Position numbers and translations under genes: made by a program. Below, in pieces: positions 32,233-42,534 of a stretch of 64,000 nucleotides of DNA (positions are counted from its first letter, which is position 1; every line of letters starts with the position of its first letter). The notes beneath the pieces are model-generated. The model saw only the letters and a program-made list of their open reading frames with translations, was not told where the DNA came from and did no database searches. Origin of the DNA: Halorarum halobium (GTDB taxonomy: Archaea; Halobacteriota; Halobacteria; Halobacteriales; Haloferacaceae); the NCBI RefSeq assembly GCF_032116555.1, contig NZ_CP134949.1, positions 2,480,001 through 2,544,000 on the forward strand. Reading direction: 5' to 3'.

Positions 32233-32715
32233 GAGTCGGCTTCCGGTTTTCCAGTCGTCGCCCGGTACGACGACGAGGCTGACGCGGCCGATGCCGAGGC
32301 CGAGTTGCGCGAGAACGACCTCGACCCGCAGCGCCCCGAGGTCGAGAACCCGTTCTTCGACCCGTCCGCGCGGCCACCGGAAACGCGGGGGTGCTGTGGG
32401 GCGGTCTCGTCGGCGGCGTCATCGGTGCAGCGGTCCTTCTGGCGATGGCTCTGGACGTGAATCTGGGTCCCGCGGCTGAGTCCGATCCTGTCGGCCGGCC
32501 GCCTCGCGCTCGTCACCTTCGGGTTCGGTATCGGTGCTGCCGTCGGCGGGTTCGTCGGGGGAATCTGGGGGACGCTCGAGGAGGTCCCCGACCCCGAGGA
32601 GCCGCGCGTCGCTGTCGAAGTGTCCGATGCTCGTGTGGATGAGGTGAAAGACCGTCTGCGCGAACACGATGCCAGGACAGTTGACGACGCGGTGGCGCGA
32701 CACGGTGGCCGGTAA
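32233..32715 (+). pseudogene. Startless small membrane-protein gene with two compensating frameshifts
   Basis: PVVARYDDEADAADAEAELREND...TRG / VLWGGLVGGVIGAAVLLAMALDV / IWVPRLSPILSAGRLALVTFGFGIGAAVGGFVGGIWG...VKDRLREHDA*; shifts at about 32390 (G-run) and about 32460. Confidence 0.65.
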
Positions 32716-33023
32716 AGCAGAACCGACCCGGCTCGTGGGAACGTGAGATGGTCGGAACGTTGCCACGGCATCTCCTCCCGTGCTATCGGTGACGGCCCGC
32801 TTGTACGTCGAATGACGTGGTGATCAGCCGTCCGTTGGGCTTCACCAGAAGAAGAGTCGGTATCGACCGGCAGTAGGAAACCCTCCCCATTCGATCGCGA
32901 CCTCGGACTTGCTCCCCCTTCAGGTCGCAGTGCCACCGACGAGAGGCGTTGAGATCGGCTCGTTTCGGCGCCTTCCCACCGTGAATCGGTAGCCAAAACT
33001 CCGTAATACCAGGAACCCCAACC

Positions 33024-34361
33024 GTGGACGTGGAGAGGACGGAATACACGATCCTCGGGGTCATCGCGCTCGCGACGGTCGCACTCGGCGTCCTCACGAC
33101 ATCGAAGCCCCTCCGGCCGTTCGTTGTCGAGAGCACACGTCAGTTCCTGACGACGACCGCCGCGATGGCGTGGATCACGTGGTGGGCACTCGTCGTCGGG
33201 TTCGCCATCGCCGGCGGCGTCGAGGCCTGGACTTCCGACGAGAAAGTCTCGGACCTCCTGGAGGGGCACGGCCCGCGCGAGATCGGCTACGGCTCACTGT
33301 TCGGGTTCGTCTCCTCGTCGTGTTCGTACTCGGCGATCGCCACGGCGAAGAACCTCTTCAAGAAGGGTGGATCCGCCGCGGCCACGCTCGGCGCGTTCAT
33401 GTTCGCGTCGACGAACCTCGTGATCGAAATCGGCATCGTGATCTACATCCTGCTGGGCTGGCAGTTCCTCGTCGCCGACCTCCTCGGCGGGCTCATGCTC
33501 ATCGGCCTGATGGCGTTCGGGTTCGTCCATCTGACTCCTGACGACGTCATCGAGCAGGCCCGAGAGAACATCCAGGACGAGACCGACTCGACGGTCCAGG
33601 ACCCGGTCTGTGGGATGGAGGTCGATCCCGATGAGACGGACTACTCGACCGAACACGACGGACGGACCTACTACTTCTGCTCGCAGTCCTGCAAGGAGCG
33701 CTTCGACCCCGCGGAAGCGAACACGACCATTCGCGAGCAAGCGACGTCGCTGTCGGGGTGGAAGGCGCTCGCCGACAAGCAGTGGTCGGAGTGGGGGATG
33801 CTGTGGGACGAAATCGCCATCGGCTTCATCTTCGCCGGCCTGATCGCGGGGTTCATCCCCGAGAGCGTCTGGACGAGCGTCTTCTCCGGACCGACGTTCG
33901 GCCTCCCAGTGTACGTCTTCTGGACCGCAGTACTGGGCGCGGTCATCGGAGTCACGACGTTCGTCTGCTCGGTCGGGAACGTCCCGTTCGGTGCCGTCCT
34001 CTACGCGAACGGTCTGCCGTTCGGGTCGGTGCTCTCGTACATCTACGCCGATCTCATCGTGCCGCCGATCATGGACGCGTATCGCGAGTACTACGGCACC
34101 ACGTTCGCGGCCGTTCTCTCGGGGATGATCTTCCTCTCGGCCGTCCTGACGGGCTTCGTCGTCCACTTCGTCTTCCTCGGTGCAGGCGTCATCCCCGACC
34201 CGTCGAGCGTCCGGATCGCGGAGGTTGGCATCGAGATGAACTACAAACTGGTGCTGAACGTGCTCGCGACGATCTTCTTCCTCTTTCTCTACTGGCTCCA
34301 CCGCACGGAGTCGGTCGGCGATGAGGGCGGCCACGGCGAGCACGTCCAAACCGTGGACTAA
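33024..34361 (+). CDS. Permease (ArsP/DUF318-like) with inserted YHS metal-binding domain
   Basis: Polytopic; SSSCSYS and FVCSVGNVP; DPVCGM.V...YYFCSQSC YHS motif. Confidence 0.85.
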   Translation: MDVERTEYTILGVIALATVALGVLTTSKPLRPFVVESTRQFLTTTAAMAWITWWALVVGFAIAGGVEAWTSDEKVSDLLEGHGPREIGYGSLFGFVSSSCSYSAIATAKNLFKKGGSAAATLGAFMFASTNLVIEIGIVIYILLGWQFLVADLLGGLMLIGLMAFGFVHLTPDDVIEQARENIQDETDSTVQDPVCGMEVDPDETDYSTEHDGRTYYFCSQSCKERFDPAEANTTIREQATSLSGWKALADKQWSEWGMLWDEIAIGFIFAGLIAGFIPESVWTSVFSGPTFGLPVYVFWTAVLGAVIGVTTFVCSVGNVPFGAVLYANGLPFGSVLSYIYADLIVPPIMDAYREYYGTTFAAVLSGMIFLSAVLTGFVVHFVFLGAGVIPDPSSVRIAEVGIEMNYKLVLNVLATIFFLFLYWLHRTESVGDEGGHGEHVQTVD

Positions 34362-34520
34362 CCGCTCACCGCCGCTTCCCTGGGCATCGTGCCGGGTCGC
34401 CTGGTCGATTCGGCGACCGAGTAGATCGTGCTGGTTCGTCGGGTCGTCCGCCGATGGGAGCCCGTGTCGCCGTTCGTAAGGCACGGCGGGGGAAGGACGG
34501 GGCGGGACGCGGTTCCGCAG

Positions 34521-36776
34521 TCAATCCGCCGAGGGTGACCGATTGGTCGGGGGGGCTGCCGGGAGCGACGGGAGATCGAGGTCGACCCGGCGGAGGAACT
34601 GGGCGTTGACCGCGACGATCACCGTCGAGAGTGACATCAGGACCGCACCGATCGCCGGCGAGAGGAGTACCCCGATCGGAGCGAGTACCCCCGCCGCGAG
34701 GGGGATGGCGAACACGTTGTAGCCGGCCGCCCAGACGATGTTCTCCTGCATCTTTCGATAGCTCGCCTTGCTCAGTTTCACCAGACGTACGACGTCCATC
34801 GGGTTGTTCTGCACGAGGATGACGTCCGCCGACTGGACGGCCACGTCCGTCCCGCTGCCGATCGCGATGCCGACGTCGGCACGCGTGAGTGCCGGCGCGT
34901 CGTTCACCCCGTCGCCGACCATCGCGACCAGTTTGCCCTGCTCTTGGAGTTCCGTGACCTTCCCGTCCTTCTCCTCGGGCAGCACTTCGGCGAACACCGT
35001 GTCGATGCCGAGTTCGTCGGCGACGGCGTGAGCGACGTCCCGAGAGTCACCGGTTAGCATCGCGACCTCGATGCCCAGGTCGTGGAGCGCGTCGACGACC
35101 AGATGGCTCTCCTCGCGGACGACGTCGGCGAGCGCGAACGCGGCGATGGGGGTTTCCTCCCGAAGCAGGTAGACGACCGTCCGTGCGTTCTCTCCCGCAC
35201 GGTCCGCGAACCTCGTTAGCTCCGAGGGAACGTCCGCTCCGAGGTGCGAGAGGAGGTTGGGTCCCCCGACGTAGATCGCCTCCTCGTCGACCGTCGCGCG
35301 GACGCCGCGTCCTTTGAGGGCCTCGAAACCGGACGCCGCCCGTGGCTCCACGCCCCGCTCTTCGGCCGCCTCCCGGACGGCGCGTGCGATCATGTGTTTC
35401 GAGTCGCCCTCGACTGCGGCGGCGAGTGCCACCGCTTCCGCCTCGTCGACGCCGTCGACGGTCGCCACGTCGACGACGCCCTGTTCCCCCTCCGTGAGCG
35501 TCCCGGTCTTGTCGAAGACGACCGTGTCCACCTCCCGGGCCTGCTCCATCGCGATCCGGTCCCTGATGAGCATCCCGTTCCGCGCCGCCAGCGAGGTGTT
35601 GATCGCGACGACCAGCGGAATCGCGAGCCCGAGGGCGTGTGGACAGGCGATGACTAGGACGGTCACGACCCGCTCGATCACCTGCGCCGAAAACGAGACG
35701 GCGACGGTCCACGCGACGGCGGTCACGGCTGCCGCGGCCACTGCGACGTAGAACAGCCAGCCGGCGGCGCGGTCCGCGAGCATCTGCGTCCGTGATCTGC
35801 TTCCCTGGGCCTCCTCGACGAGGCGCATGATCCCCGCCAGCGTGGTCTCCTCGCCGGTCGCGCTGATCTCGACCCGCAGGCTCCCGTCGCCGTTGATGGT
35901 CCCGCCGATGACGTCCGCCCCCGGCTCCTTCGCAACCGGCTTCGACTCGCCGGTGATCATGGATTCGTTCACGTCGGAGTCGCCCTCCCTGACGACTCCG
36001 TCGGCGGGAACGCTCGCCCCCGGACGGACGAGGACGAGGTCACCCTCCTCGAGGTCACTCACGGGGACTTCCTCCGTGTCGCCGTCCTCGACGATCCGTT
36101 CCGCGGTGTCCGGCATCAGTTTCGCCAGTTCGTCGAGCGCGCTCGAGGCCCGTCGAACCGACCGCATCTCGATCCAGTGGCCCAGCAGCATGACGTCGAT
36201 GAGCGTCACCAGTTCCCAGAAGAACGCCGCGGTCGTGGGGAAGACGACGCTCGCCAAGCTGTAGCCGAACGCGACGGTGATCGCCATGGAGATGAGCGTC
36301 ATCATGCCCGGCGAGCGGTCACGGAGTTCCGGGGCGGCCATCCGGAGGAACGGGAGGCCACCGTAGCCGAAGACGATCACCGCGAAGACGGGGTTGATCC
36401 ACTCGCTCCCCGGGAACGCCGGGACCGAGAAGCCGAGCCACGCCTGGAGCGTCTCGCTGTAGAGGAGGACGGGGATCGAGAGCAGCGTCGAGACGAAGAA
36501 CCGCCGACGAAACGTCGCCTCGTGTCCCTCGTGCATTCCGTCGTGTCCGTCGTGCTCGTGGTCACTCTCCCCGTGGTCCGCGTGCTGGCCGTGCGTCCCC
36601 TCGACCGTCCGTTCGCCGTCGGCGGCGTCTTCGGCCTCATCCTCGAGCATCGACTGCTCCACCCTCCGGTCGTCAGTCCCTTCGACGGGCTCGTCACGTG
36701 CCCCATTGTGATGCCCGTGATGGGAGCGGTCGTCGGACGGTCCCGTACCCTCGGACGAGCGATCGTGGTCGTCCAT
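34521..36776 (-). CDS. copB: CopB-type P1B-3 copper ATPase with His-rich N-terminus
   Basis: His-rich N-terminus, PGMMTLI, TGES, CPH, DKTGT, GDGVND, YN, MSLST. Confidence 0.93.
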   Translation of the reverse strand: MDDHDRSSEGTGPSDDRSHHGHHNGARDEPVEGTDDRRVEQSMLEDEAEDAADGERTVEGTHGQHADHGESDHEHDGHDGMHEGHEATFRRRFFVSTLLSIPVLLYSETLQAWLGFSVPAFPGSEWINPVFAVIVFGYGGLPFLRMAAPELRDRSPGMMTLISMAITVAFGYSLASVVFPTTAAFFWELVTLIDVMLLGHWIEMRSVRRASSALDELAKLMPDTAERIVEDGDTEEVPVSDLEEGDLVLVRPGASVPADGVVREGDSDVNESMITGESKPVAKEPGADVIGGTINGDGSLRVEISATGEETTLAGIMRLVEEAQGSRSRTQMLADRAAGWLFYVAVAAAAVTAVAWTVAVSFSAQVIERVVTVLVIACPHALGLAIPLVVAINTSLAARNGMLIRDRIAMEQAREVDTVVFDKTGTLTEGEQGVVDVATVDGVDEAEAVALAAAVEGDSKHMIARAVREAAEERGVEPRAASGFEALKGRGVRATVDEEAIYVGGPNLLSHLGADVPSELTRFADRAGENARTVVYLLREETPIAAFALADVVREESHLVVDALHDLGIEVAMLTGDSRDVAHAVADELGIDTVFAEVLPEEKDGKVTELQEQGKLVAMVGDGVNDAPALTRADVGIAIGSGTDVAVQSADVILVQNNPMDVVRLVKLSKASYRKMQENIVWAAGYNVFAIPLAAGVLAPIGVLLSPAIGAVLMSLSTVIVAVNAQFLRRVDLDLPSLPAAPPTNRSPSAD

Positions 36777-36836
36777 CGGTGTTCAGTGGGCGGGACTACG
36801 GGACCCGGGATGATGGATGTATGGCCGGGTATCCGC

Positions 36837-37838
36837 TTACTGACCTCCCGAGTTGGGCCATCGCCGCTCGTCCGATTCGACGAGGCCCAGGAGCTGTCGA
36901 CGCCTGTCAGCCACCTCCTCGAGCGAGGCGGCGAACTCCTCGTCCGGGACGGTTGGAACCCCTCCGTCGCGAAGGAGCGCGAGTTCCGGGGCCGGCGGGG
37001 ACCGCGGCGCCGGATCGACGAACGCGCTCCCGAGCGTGTCGAGGTAGTTCCGGACGCTCGACCGCGCTTGCCGGACGCCGATCTCACTGGGACGATGCTG
37101 TGGGGCGACGCCGAACCGGAGGAGCGTGAGCGCCTCGTCCAACACGGTGATGTTCGTCGCCGGCGCTTGAACAGTCTGGGGCGAGTAGAAGTAGTGGAGG
37201 ATCGGGTACGCCTTGTGATTCGATGTGAGCGTATCGAGCTGGGCGGAGATGGTGTTCAGCGGAACGTCCAGTCCGTCGAACGAATCACCGTTCCAGCTCC
37301 GCTGCAGAATCTCGGCACTCCCTGCGCCGAGCCCGTGGATACTGCTCGCGAGCGAGCGTTTCTGTGTGACGGCCCCGAGGACGGAGAGGACGTAGGTGAC
37401 GCTGAGGGTCACGAAGAGCATCCCGCTGGCGGTCATCAGCGCCGTGGCGATCTGCCAGACCCCGTCCCTGGGAGTGAAATCGCCGTTCCCCATCGTGAAC
37501 ATCGAGTAGCCGACGAAGTAGGCGCGCTCGACCCAGGAGATCGGTCCTGCATCGCGGGTATCGAAGAGCGTGTTCTCCGCGCCGGCGAAGAGGAGCGTCC
37601 AGCCGATCCAGAGAAGCGCGATCCACATCGCGAGGCTGGTGACGAGGATCAACGGACCGGACAGGGAGAGAAGTCGCGGACGGTGACCCAGAACCCGCCG
37701 AAGCAGGTTCCAGGTCGTCGTCATCAGACGGGTTGTGAGCGGACCGGCCCCACCCTCGACCCAGAGCGTCGTCCAGAGGAGGTCGACGACCGCAACCAGG
37801 AGGAAGAACACGCCGAGAACGAGGGGAACCGGACTCAT
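36837..37838 (-). CDS. Potassium-channel-family (ion_trans_2) protein with atypical filter
   Basis: TM-pore-TM, YFVGYSMFTMGNGDF.P; C-terminal HKAYPILHYF. Confidence 0.8.
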   Translation of the reverse strand: MSPVPLVLGVFFLLVAVVDLLWTTLWVEGGAGPLTTRLMTTTWNLLRRVLGHRPRLLSLSGPLILVTSLAMWIALLWIGWTLLFAGAENTLFDTRDAGPISWVERAYFVGYSMFTMGNGDFTPRDGVWQIATALMTASGMLFVTLSVTYVLSVLGAVTQKRSLASSIHGLGAGSAEILQRSWNGDSFDGLDVPLNTISAQLDTLTSNHKAYPILHYFYSPQTVQAPATNITVLDEALTLLRFGVAPQHRPSEIGVRQARSSVRNYLDTLGSAFVDPAPRSPPAPELALLRDGGVPTVPDEEFAASLEEVADRRRQLLGLVESDERRWPNSGGQ

Positions 37839-38043
37839 TCTCCTCGTCCGCGGGCGACGCAGTCCGGACGCCGACGGAGGGTGCTGTTTGCCGCACGGTT
37901 GCCGGTCGAACGGTGTCGGTCGCGTGGCCCCAGGACCTGATGGCTCACGACTTCGACGTCGCACTCCGTCCGGAAACACTCGCTGCTAGCTGTACTGACA
38001 GTTCACGCCGCCGGTACTCACGGGGATACGCGTGATCGATCAC

Positions 38044-38817
38044 TCACCGGTCCGTCCCCTGCAACCGGTCGTCCCAGTCGATCCACTCGTGCTCCCAGCC
38101 GGTCTTCGCGAAGTAGCCCTGTCGCGCGAACTCGGCGTCCTCCCGCACGGTCCGGTTCCGCACGGGCGCGCTGGCCTGTTCGCCCTCGACGAGCAGCGGG
38201 CGGAGCGTGATGTCCCCGTACTCCTCGACGACGTCCCCGCCGGACCTGGCACCCTGCTCGACCGCGACGAGCGTCTGTGCCGGCCCGGAGCCGAGCGGCA
38301 TGACGAGCCGTCCGTCGGCCGAGAGCTGATCGAGCAGCGCGCGCGGCGGCTCGACGGCGGCGGCCTCGACGAGGACCCGGTCGAACGGCGCGTACTCGGG
38401 GAGCCCGCGCGCGCCGTCGCCGCGGTCGACGAGCACCGCGCCGTAGCCGGCGGCCGCGAGGTTCGCGCGCGCCTCGTACACGACGCCGCGCTCGATGTCG
38501 ACGGCGTGGACGCGGTCGGCGCCGACCAGTTCCGCGAGCACGGCCGACGTGTAGCCCACGCCGGCCCCGACGACGAGCACGTCGTCGCCGGCGCTCGCCT
38601 CCAGCGCGTCGAGCAGGCGCGCGACCGTGACGGGCGCGAGCACGACCGTGCCGCCCTGCTCGCCGGCCCGGTTGGCGTACGGGGCCTCCGCGACGAACTC
38701 CTCGCGCGGGACGCCGTTCATCGCCGCGCGAACGGGGTCGCTCGGCGGGCCGCCGAGGGCGTGTTCGAGGCCGTCGAGCATGTCCTCCCGGAGCACCTCC
38801 GGGCCGGGACCGTCCAT
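38044..38817 (-). CDS. Protein-L-isoaspartate O-methyltransferase-like paralogue
   Basis: VPREEF, VVGAGVGYTSA, GDGARG.PEYAPFDRV, QL..DGRLVMP. Confidence 0.85.
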   Translation of the reverse strand: MDGPGPEVLREDMLDGLEHALGGPPSDPVRAAMNGVPREEFVAEAPYANRAGEQGGTVVLAPVTVARLLDALEASAGDDVLVVGAGVGYTSAVLAELVGADRVHAVDIERGVVYEARANLAAAGYGAVLVDRGDGARGLPEYAPFDRVLVEAAAVEPPRALLDQLSADGRLVMPLGSGPAQTLVAVEQGARSGGDVVEEYGDITLRPLLVEGEQASAPVRNRTVREDAEFARQGYFAKTGWEHEWIDWDDRLQGTDR

Positions 38818-38838
38818 GGGCGACCTGGGTGCTCCGCG

Positions 38839-39807
38839 TTATTCAACCGCTCGCTTGCGCGCCACCACCGCCCGACGCCCCGTCCCCGGAACGGGGTCGA
38901 TCCGAACGTCGGCCAGGCCCGCCTCGCGGAGCCACTCGCGGTACTCCGCCGGGTCATGAGCGCCGCCGTGGCCGGACGCGAGCCCGAGCACGTCCGCGGC
39001 CACGGCCGCCTCGCTCCCGTCGGCGAGCACGTCGACCAGCACGAGCGTCCCGTCCGCGCCGAGCAGGTCCGCCGCCGCCTCGAAGAGCGCCCGAACCTCC
39101 GGCGCGTCCATCCGGCTGGCCAGCCCCGCGGCGAACGCGAGGTCGAACGGTCCCGACCCGTCCGCCCGTTCGACGAGGTCACGCGGCCGGCCGGCGTGGA
39201 CGGTCACGTCGCCGGAGCGGTAGCGCGGTTCGACCGCCTCGGCGACGGCCGGGGAGTCGACCATCGTGGCGTCGAGTCCGCGCGCGGCGAACTCGGCGGC
39301 GTAGACGCCGGAGGCGCCACGGAGATCGACGACGCGTTCGGCGTCCGGCGACGCCCGGACGGCGGCGGTCACGCCGGCCCGGACGACCGCCTCGTCGGTC
39401 GCCGCGTGCGCACCCAGGCGGTTTCGAAGCCCGTCCGGGGGCGACTCGGGCGGGACGCCGGTCTCCATCGTCCCCGGCAGCGACGCCAGCGCGTCGACGG
39501 TGTCGAGCGCGTCCGGAACCGCTCCGATGGAGGCGACGTCCCGCTTGGCGAGGAGGCCGAGCGCGCGGTTCGTCGGCTCGTACTCGTCGCCGACCCGCTC
39601 GATGAAGCCGAGATCGGCGAGGATCGAGACCATGCGCTCGGCCGATCGCTCCGTGACGTCGGTCTCCTCGGCGACCGCCTCGGGCGTCCCGGCCCGGTCC
39701 AGCAGCGCGGCGAGGACGCCCGTCTCGCGGGCCGCTCGGAGGGCGAGCAGCGACGCCGTCCCCAGTCCGGACGCCGTTCCGGGCCCGATCCGTTCTCGCG
39801 TCGGCAT
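38839..39807 (-). CDS. O-methyltransferase-like protein (dimerisation HTH plus class I SAM domain)
   Basis: AARETGV, HTH-like N-terminus, VVDLRGASG, EYREWLREAG. Confidence 0.7.
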   Translation of the reverse strand: MPTRERIGPGTASGLGTASLLALRAARETGVLAALLDRAGTPEAVAEETDVTERSAERMVSILADLGFIERVGDEYEPTNRALGLLAKRDVASIGAVPDALDTVDALASLPGTMETGVPPESPPDGLRNRLGAHAATDEAVVRAGVTAAVRASPDAERVVDLRGASGVYAAEFAARGLDATMVDSPAVAEAVEPRYRSGDVTVHAGRPRDLVERADGSGPFDLAFAAGLASRMDAPEVRALFEAAADLLGADGTLVLVDVLADGSEAAVAADVLGLASGHGGAHDPAEYREWLREAGLADVRIDPVPGTGRRAVVARKRAVE

Positions 39808-39931
39808 GGTGGATGGTCACGAACGGTCGTGAAAAGTGCGTCCCCGTCGGCCGGCCTCGCCCGGCGTCGAGGCGGCGGCGCTCGTCGGGGGTCTCGCGAT
39901 GCGAGCTAGCGGACCCGTCTCGCGTCCGCCG

Positions 39932-40840
39932 TCACTCGACCCCGAGCCGCACCGCGATCCCGTCGGGGTCGCTCGTCTCGATGACGTCGCCGCGCTCCGT
40001 GACCGCGACATCGTCCGCCTCGAGCCGGCGACAGGCGGCCGCGAGCGACTCCTCGTCGGGAACGAGGAGTTCGACCCACGCGAGTCCGCGCCCGCCGGCC
40101 GCCCGTGTCCTGCGGTTCCACGTGTTCAGTCCGAGGTGGTGATGGTAGCCGCCAGCCGCGACGAACAGCGCCGACCCGAGGTCGGTCTGCACCCCGAGCC
40201 CGAGCGTGTCGACGTAGAACCGGCGGGCCGCCTCGATCGACGTCACCTCCAGGTGGACGTGGCCGATCGTCGTGTCGGTCGGTGCCGTGTCGGTCGCCTC
40301 GCCCGATGTCGTGCCGGTCGCGTCGGCCGGTGCCGTGTCTCCCCCGGCCGCCGCCGCGAGGGCGTCGAGATCGAGCGGGAGCGTGTCGATCTCGACGGTC
40401 CCGTCCTCGCGGCGCGGCCACTCCGCGGACGGTCGGTCCCGGTGCAGTTCGACCCCGTTGCCCTCGGGGTCGGTGAGATACAGCGCCTCGCTCACCAGGT
40501 GGTCCGACGCGCCCTCCAGCGACCAGCGGTCGGTGACCCGTTCGAGCGCGGCGCCCAGCGCCGCCCGCGAGGGGAACCTGAACGCGACGTGGAACAGGCC
40601 GGCCTGGTCACGATCCCGCGGCGGTGCCTCCTCGTCCACGAGCAGTTCGAGCAGCGGCGTCCCGCCCGCGCCGAGCGTTGCCCCCGTTTCGTCCGCGTCC
40701 AGGACCGTCAGTCCGACGACGTCACGGTAGAAGTCGATCTGCGCGTCGAGGTCGTTCACGAACAACGCGGTGCGGCCGACACGCGCGTCGTCCGGAAGGG
40801 TCGGCGGTTCCCCGTCGGGCGGCGGTCCAGCGGTCGTCAT
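39932..40840 (-). CDS. VOC/glyoxalase protein, CatE-like
   Basis: GLFHVAF, DHLVSEALYLTDPEGNGVE, GHVHL, GGYHHHLGLNTW. Confidence 0.9.
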   Translation of the reverse strand: MTTAGPPPDGEPPTLPDDARVGRTALFVNDLDAQIDFYRDVVGLTVLDADETGATLGAGGTPLLELLVDEEAPPRDRDQAGLFHVAFRFPSRAALGAALERVTDRWSLEGASDHLVSEALYLTDPEGNGVELHRDRPSAEWPRREDGTVEIDTLPLDLDALAAAAGGDTAPADATGTTSGEATDTAPTDTTIGHVHLEVTSIEAARRFYVDTLGLGVQTDLGSALFVAAGGYHHHLGLNTWNRRTRAAGGRGLAWVELLVPDEESLAAACRRLEADDVAVTERGDVIETSDPDGIAVRLGVE

Positions 40841-40975
40841 CGGCTTACTCGTGACGTAGACGGGCGAGACAGGTATAGCTTCGCGGACGTGCGTCCCACC
40901 CGGTAGCGTCGCTGTTACCGGTGGGGGACCTGTGACGAGGTCGTTCGGCAATGTCATCGCCGTTCGATCCCCGGC

Positions 40976-41605
40976 TCACTCGCCGAGCATCGGGACGAAC
41001 CGGACCGCGCCGTGGCGGTCGCGGCGAAGCCCGTCGTCGGTCTTCTCCAGCGTGAGCAACTCCTGGCGGCGCTCGCCGACCGGCGCGACCACGACGCCGC
41101 CCACGGCGACCTGCTCGAGGACGGCGTCCGGAACGGAGGGTGCCGCACAGGTGAGGTAGGCGCCGTCGTAGGGTGCCCGCTCGGGCCAGCCCTCGTGGCC
41201 GTCGCCGACCCGGACGTCGACGGCGCCGTAGCCGAGACGGGCCAGCGTCTCGCGCGCGTCCTCGGCCAGCGGCTCGCGGTACTCGACCGACGAGACGCTC
41301 CCGCCCCGGAGTAGTTCGGCGGTGATGGCGGCGTGATAGCCACAGCCCGTGCCGATCTCGAGCACCTCGTCGGTGGGGGCCGGCGCGAGGAGGTCACACA
41401 TCACCGCGACCATGTGCGGGGCGCTGACTGTCTGGTTCCCGCCGATGGGTAACGGTCGGTCCTCGTAGGCCGAGCCCCGGCGCTCCTCCGGGACGAACTC
41501 GTGACGCGGCACCGCCCGGAGCGCTTCGGCCGTTTCGTCCCGCTCGATGCGCCCGGCGGCGACGAGCCGGTCCACCATCCGCTCGCGTGCCACCTCGAAC
41601 TCCAT
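40976..41605 (-). CDS. pcm: Protein-L-isoaspartate(D-aspartate) O-methyltransferase
   Basis: VPRHEFV, AYED.PLPIG..QTVSAPHMV, LEIGTGCGY, GDG..G, VRFVPM. Confidence 0.93.
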   Translation of the reverse strand: MEFEVARERMVDRLVAAGRIERDETAEALRAVPRHEFVPEERRGSAYEDRPLPIGGNQTVSAPHMVAVMCDLLAPAPTDEVLEIGTGCGYHAAITAELLRGGSVSSVEYREPLAEDARETLARLGYGAVDVRVGDGHEGWPERAPYDGAYLTCAAPSVPDAVLEQVAVGGVVVAPVGERRQELLTLEKTDDGLRRDRHGAVRFVPMLGE

Positions 41606-41913
41606 ACCCCCGGGTACGTGCTCCGTGCTCGAAAACTCCTCCCCTCCCTGGCCGCCGGGGACGCCGACTCGGTCGGGCCGGGGGACGTCCGACCCTCGCC
41701 CGACGTCGATCCTCCGGCGTCGAACCGCCGGCACGTCGGACAGTTCACCACCGCTGTCGGCGACTCGTCGACGGCCTGACCGGGCGGTTCGACCAGGTCG
41801 ACACCTCGACCGGGTTCCTCACCCCGCCAACCGCGAGCAGTCGGCCCGCCACCACATGCAGGACTCCGTTGGAGCGTGGAGTGGTGGCTGTCCTGTCAGT
41901 ACTGGTGGGAGAC

Positions 41914-42078
41914 TCACTCCTCCGTACTCGGTGCCCCGCACTCGGGACACTCGTCGTAGTCGGCGTTCGACCGCGTCCCACACGCTCCACACTGGCGAGT
42001 TTCCTCCTCATCGGCGGCTTCCCTCGCGGTCCGCTTGAACTGTTCTACCTGTCGTCCCACTTCCTTGAAGAATCCCAT
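41914..42078 (-). CDS. Small CPxCG-type zinc-finger protein (54 aa)
   Basis: MGFFKEVGRQVEQFK...CGACG...CPECG. Confidence 0.8.
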   Translation of the reverse strand: MGFFKEVGRQVEQFKRTAREAADEEETRQCGACGTRSNADYDECPECGAPSTEE

Positions 42079-42201
42079 CACTGCCCGCAGGTGGCGAAGA
42101 GGGATAAGCGTTCGACCGGACGCAGGCCACGGACCGATGGGGATACGTCCCGGTGTCAGGGACGTCCACCTGGCGAGACGGTGGTGTTTGGGTTGCAACC
42201 G

Positions 42202-42534
42202 TCAGCGATGGATGAGTCCGAGTAACCGGCTTCGAACGTCGTTCGCGGAGTCGTACGTCTGGTTCTCGGTCGCTGCGAGCACTTCCTCGAGGGACTCCTC
42301 TCCGTCCTGCGTTTCGATCTCGTAATCGCCATGAGCCTCGACCAGTTCATCCGTGGTGGCCGGATAGTCGTGGGTCTGGAGTGCGTCATCGAGGTCCCCA
42401 AGCCGGCCACCGGGGTCGTCGCGCATCGGTTCGGCTTCGTCGCCGCGAGTTCGTGCTTCCTCTAGCTCTCGCTCCCGCTGGCGTCGCTCCTCGTCGTCCG
42501 CTTGCTCGTCTCGGCCCTGTTTATCATCTGCCAT
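42202..42534 (-). CDS. Haloarchaeal conserved acidic protein (DUF5789-like)
   Basis: HDYPATTDELVEAHGD, TYDSANDV. Confidence 0.7.
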   Translation of the reverse strand: MADDKQGRDEQADDEERRQRERELEEARTRGDEAEPMRDDPGGRLGDLDDALQTHDYPATTDELVEAHGDYEIETQDGEESLEEVLAATENQTYDSANDVRSRLLGLIHR

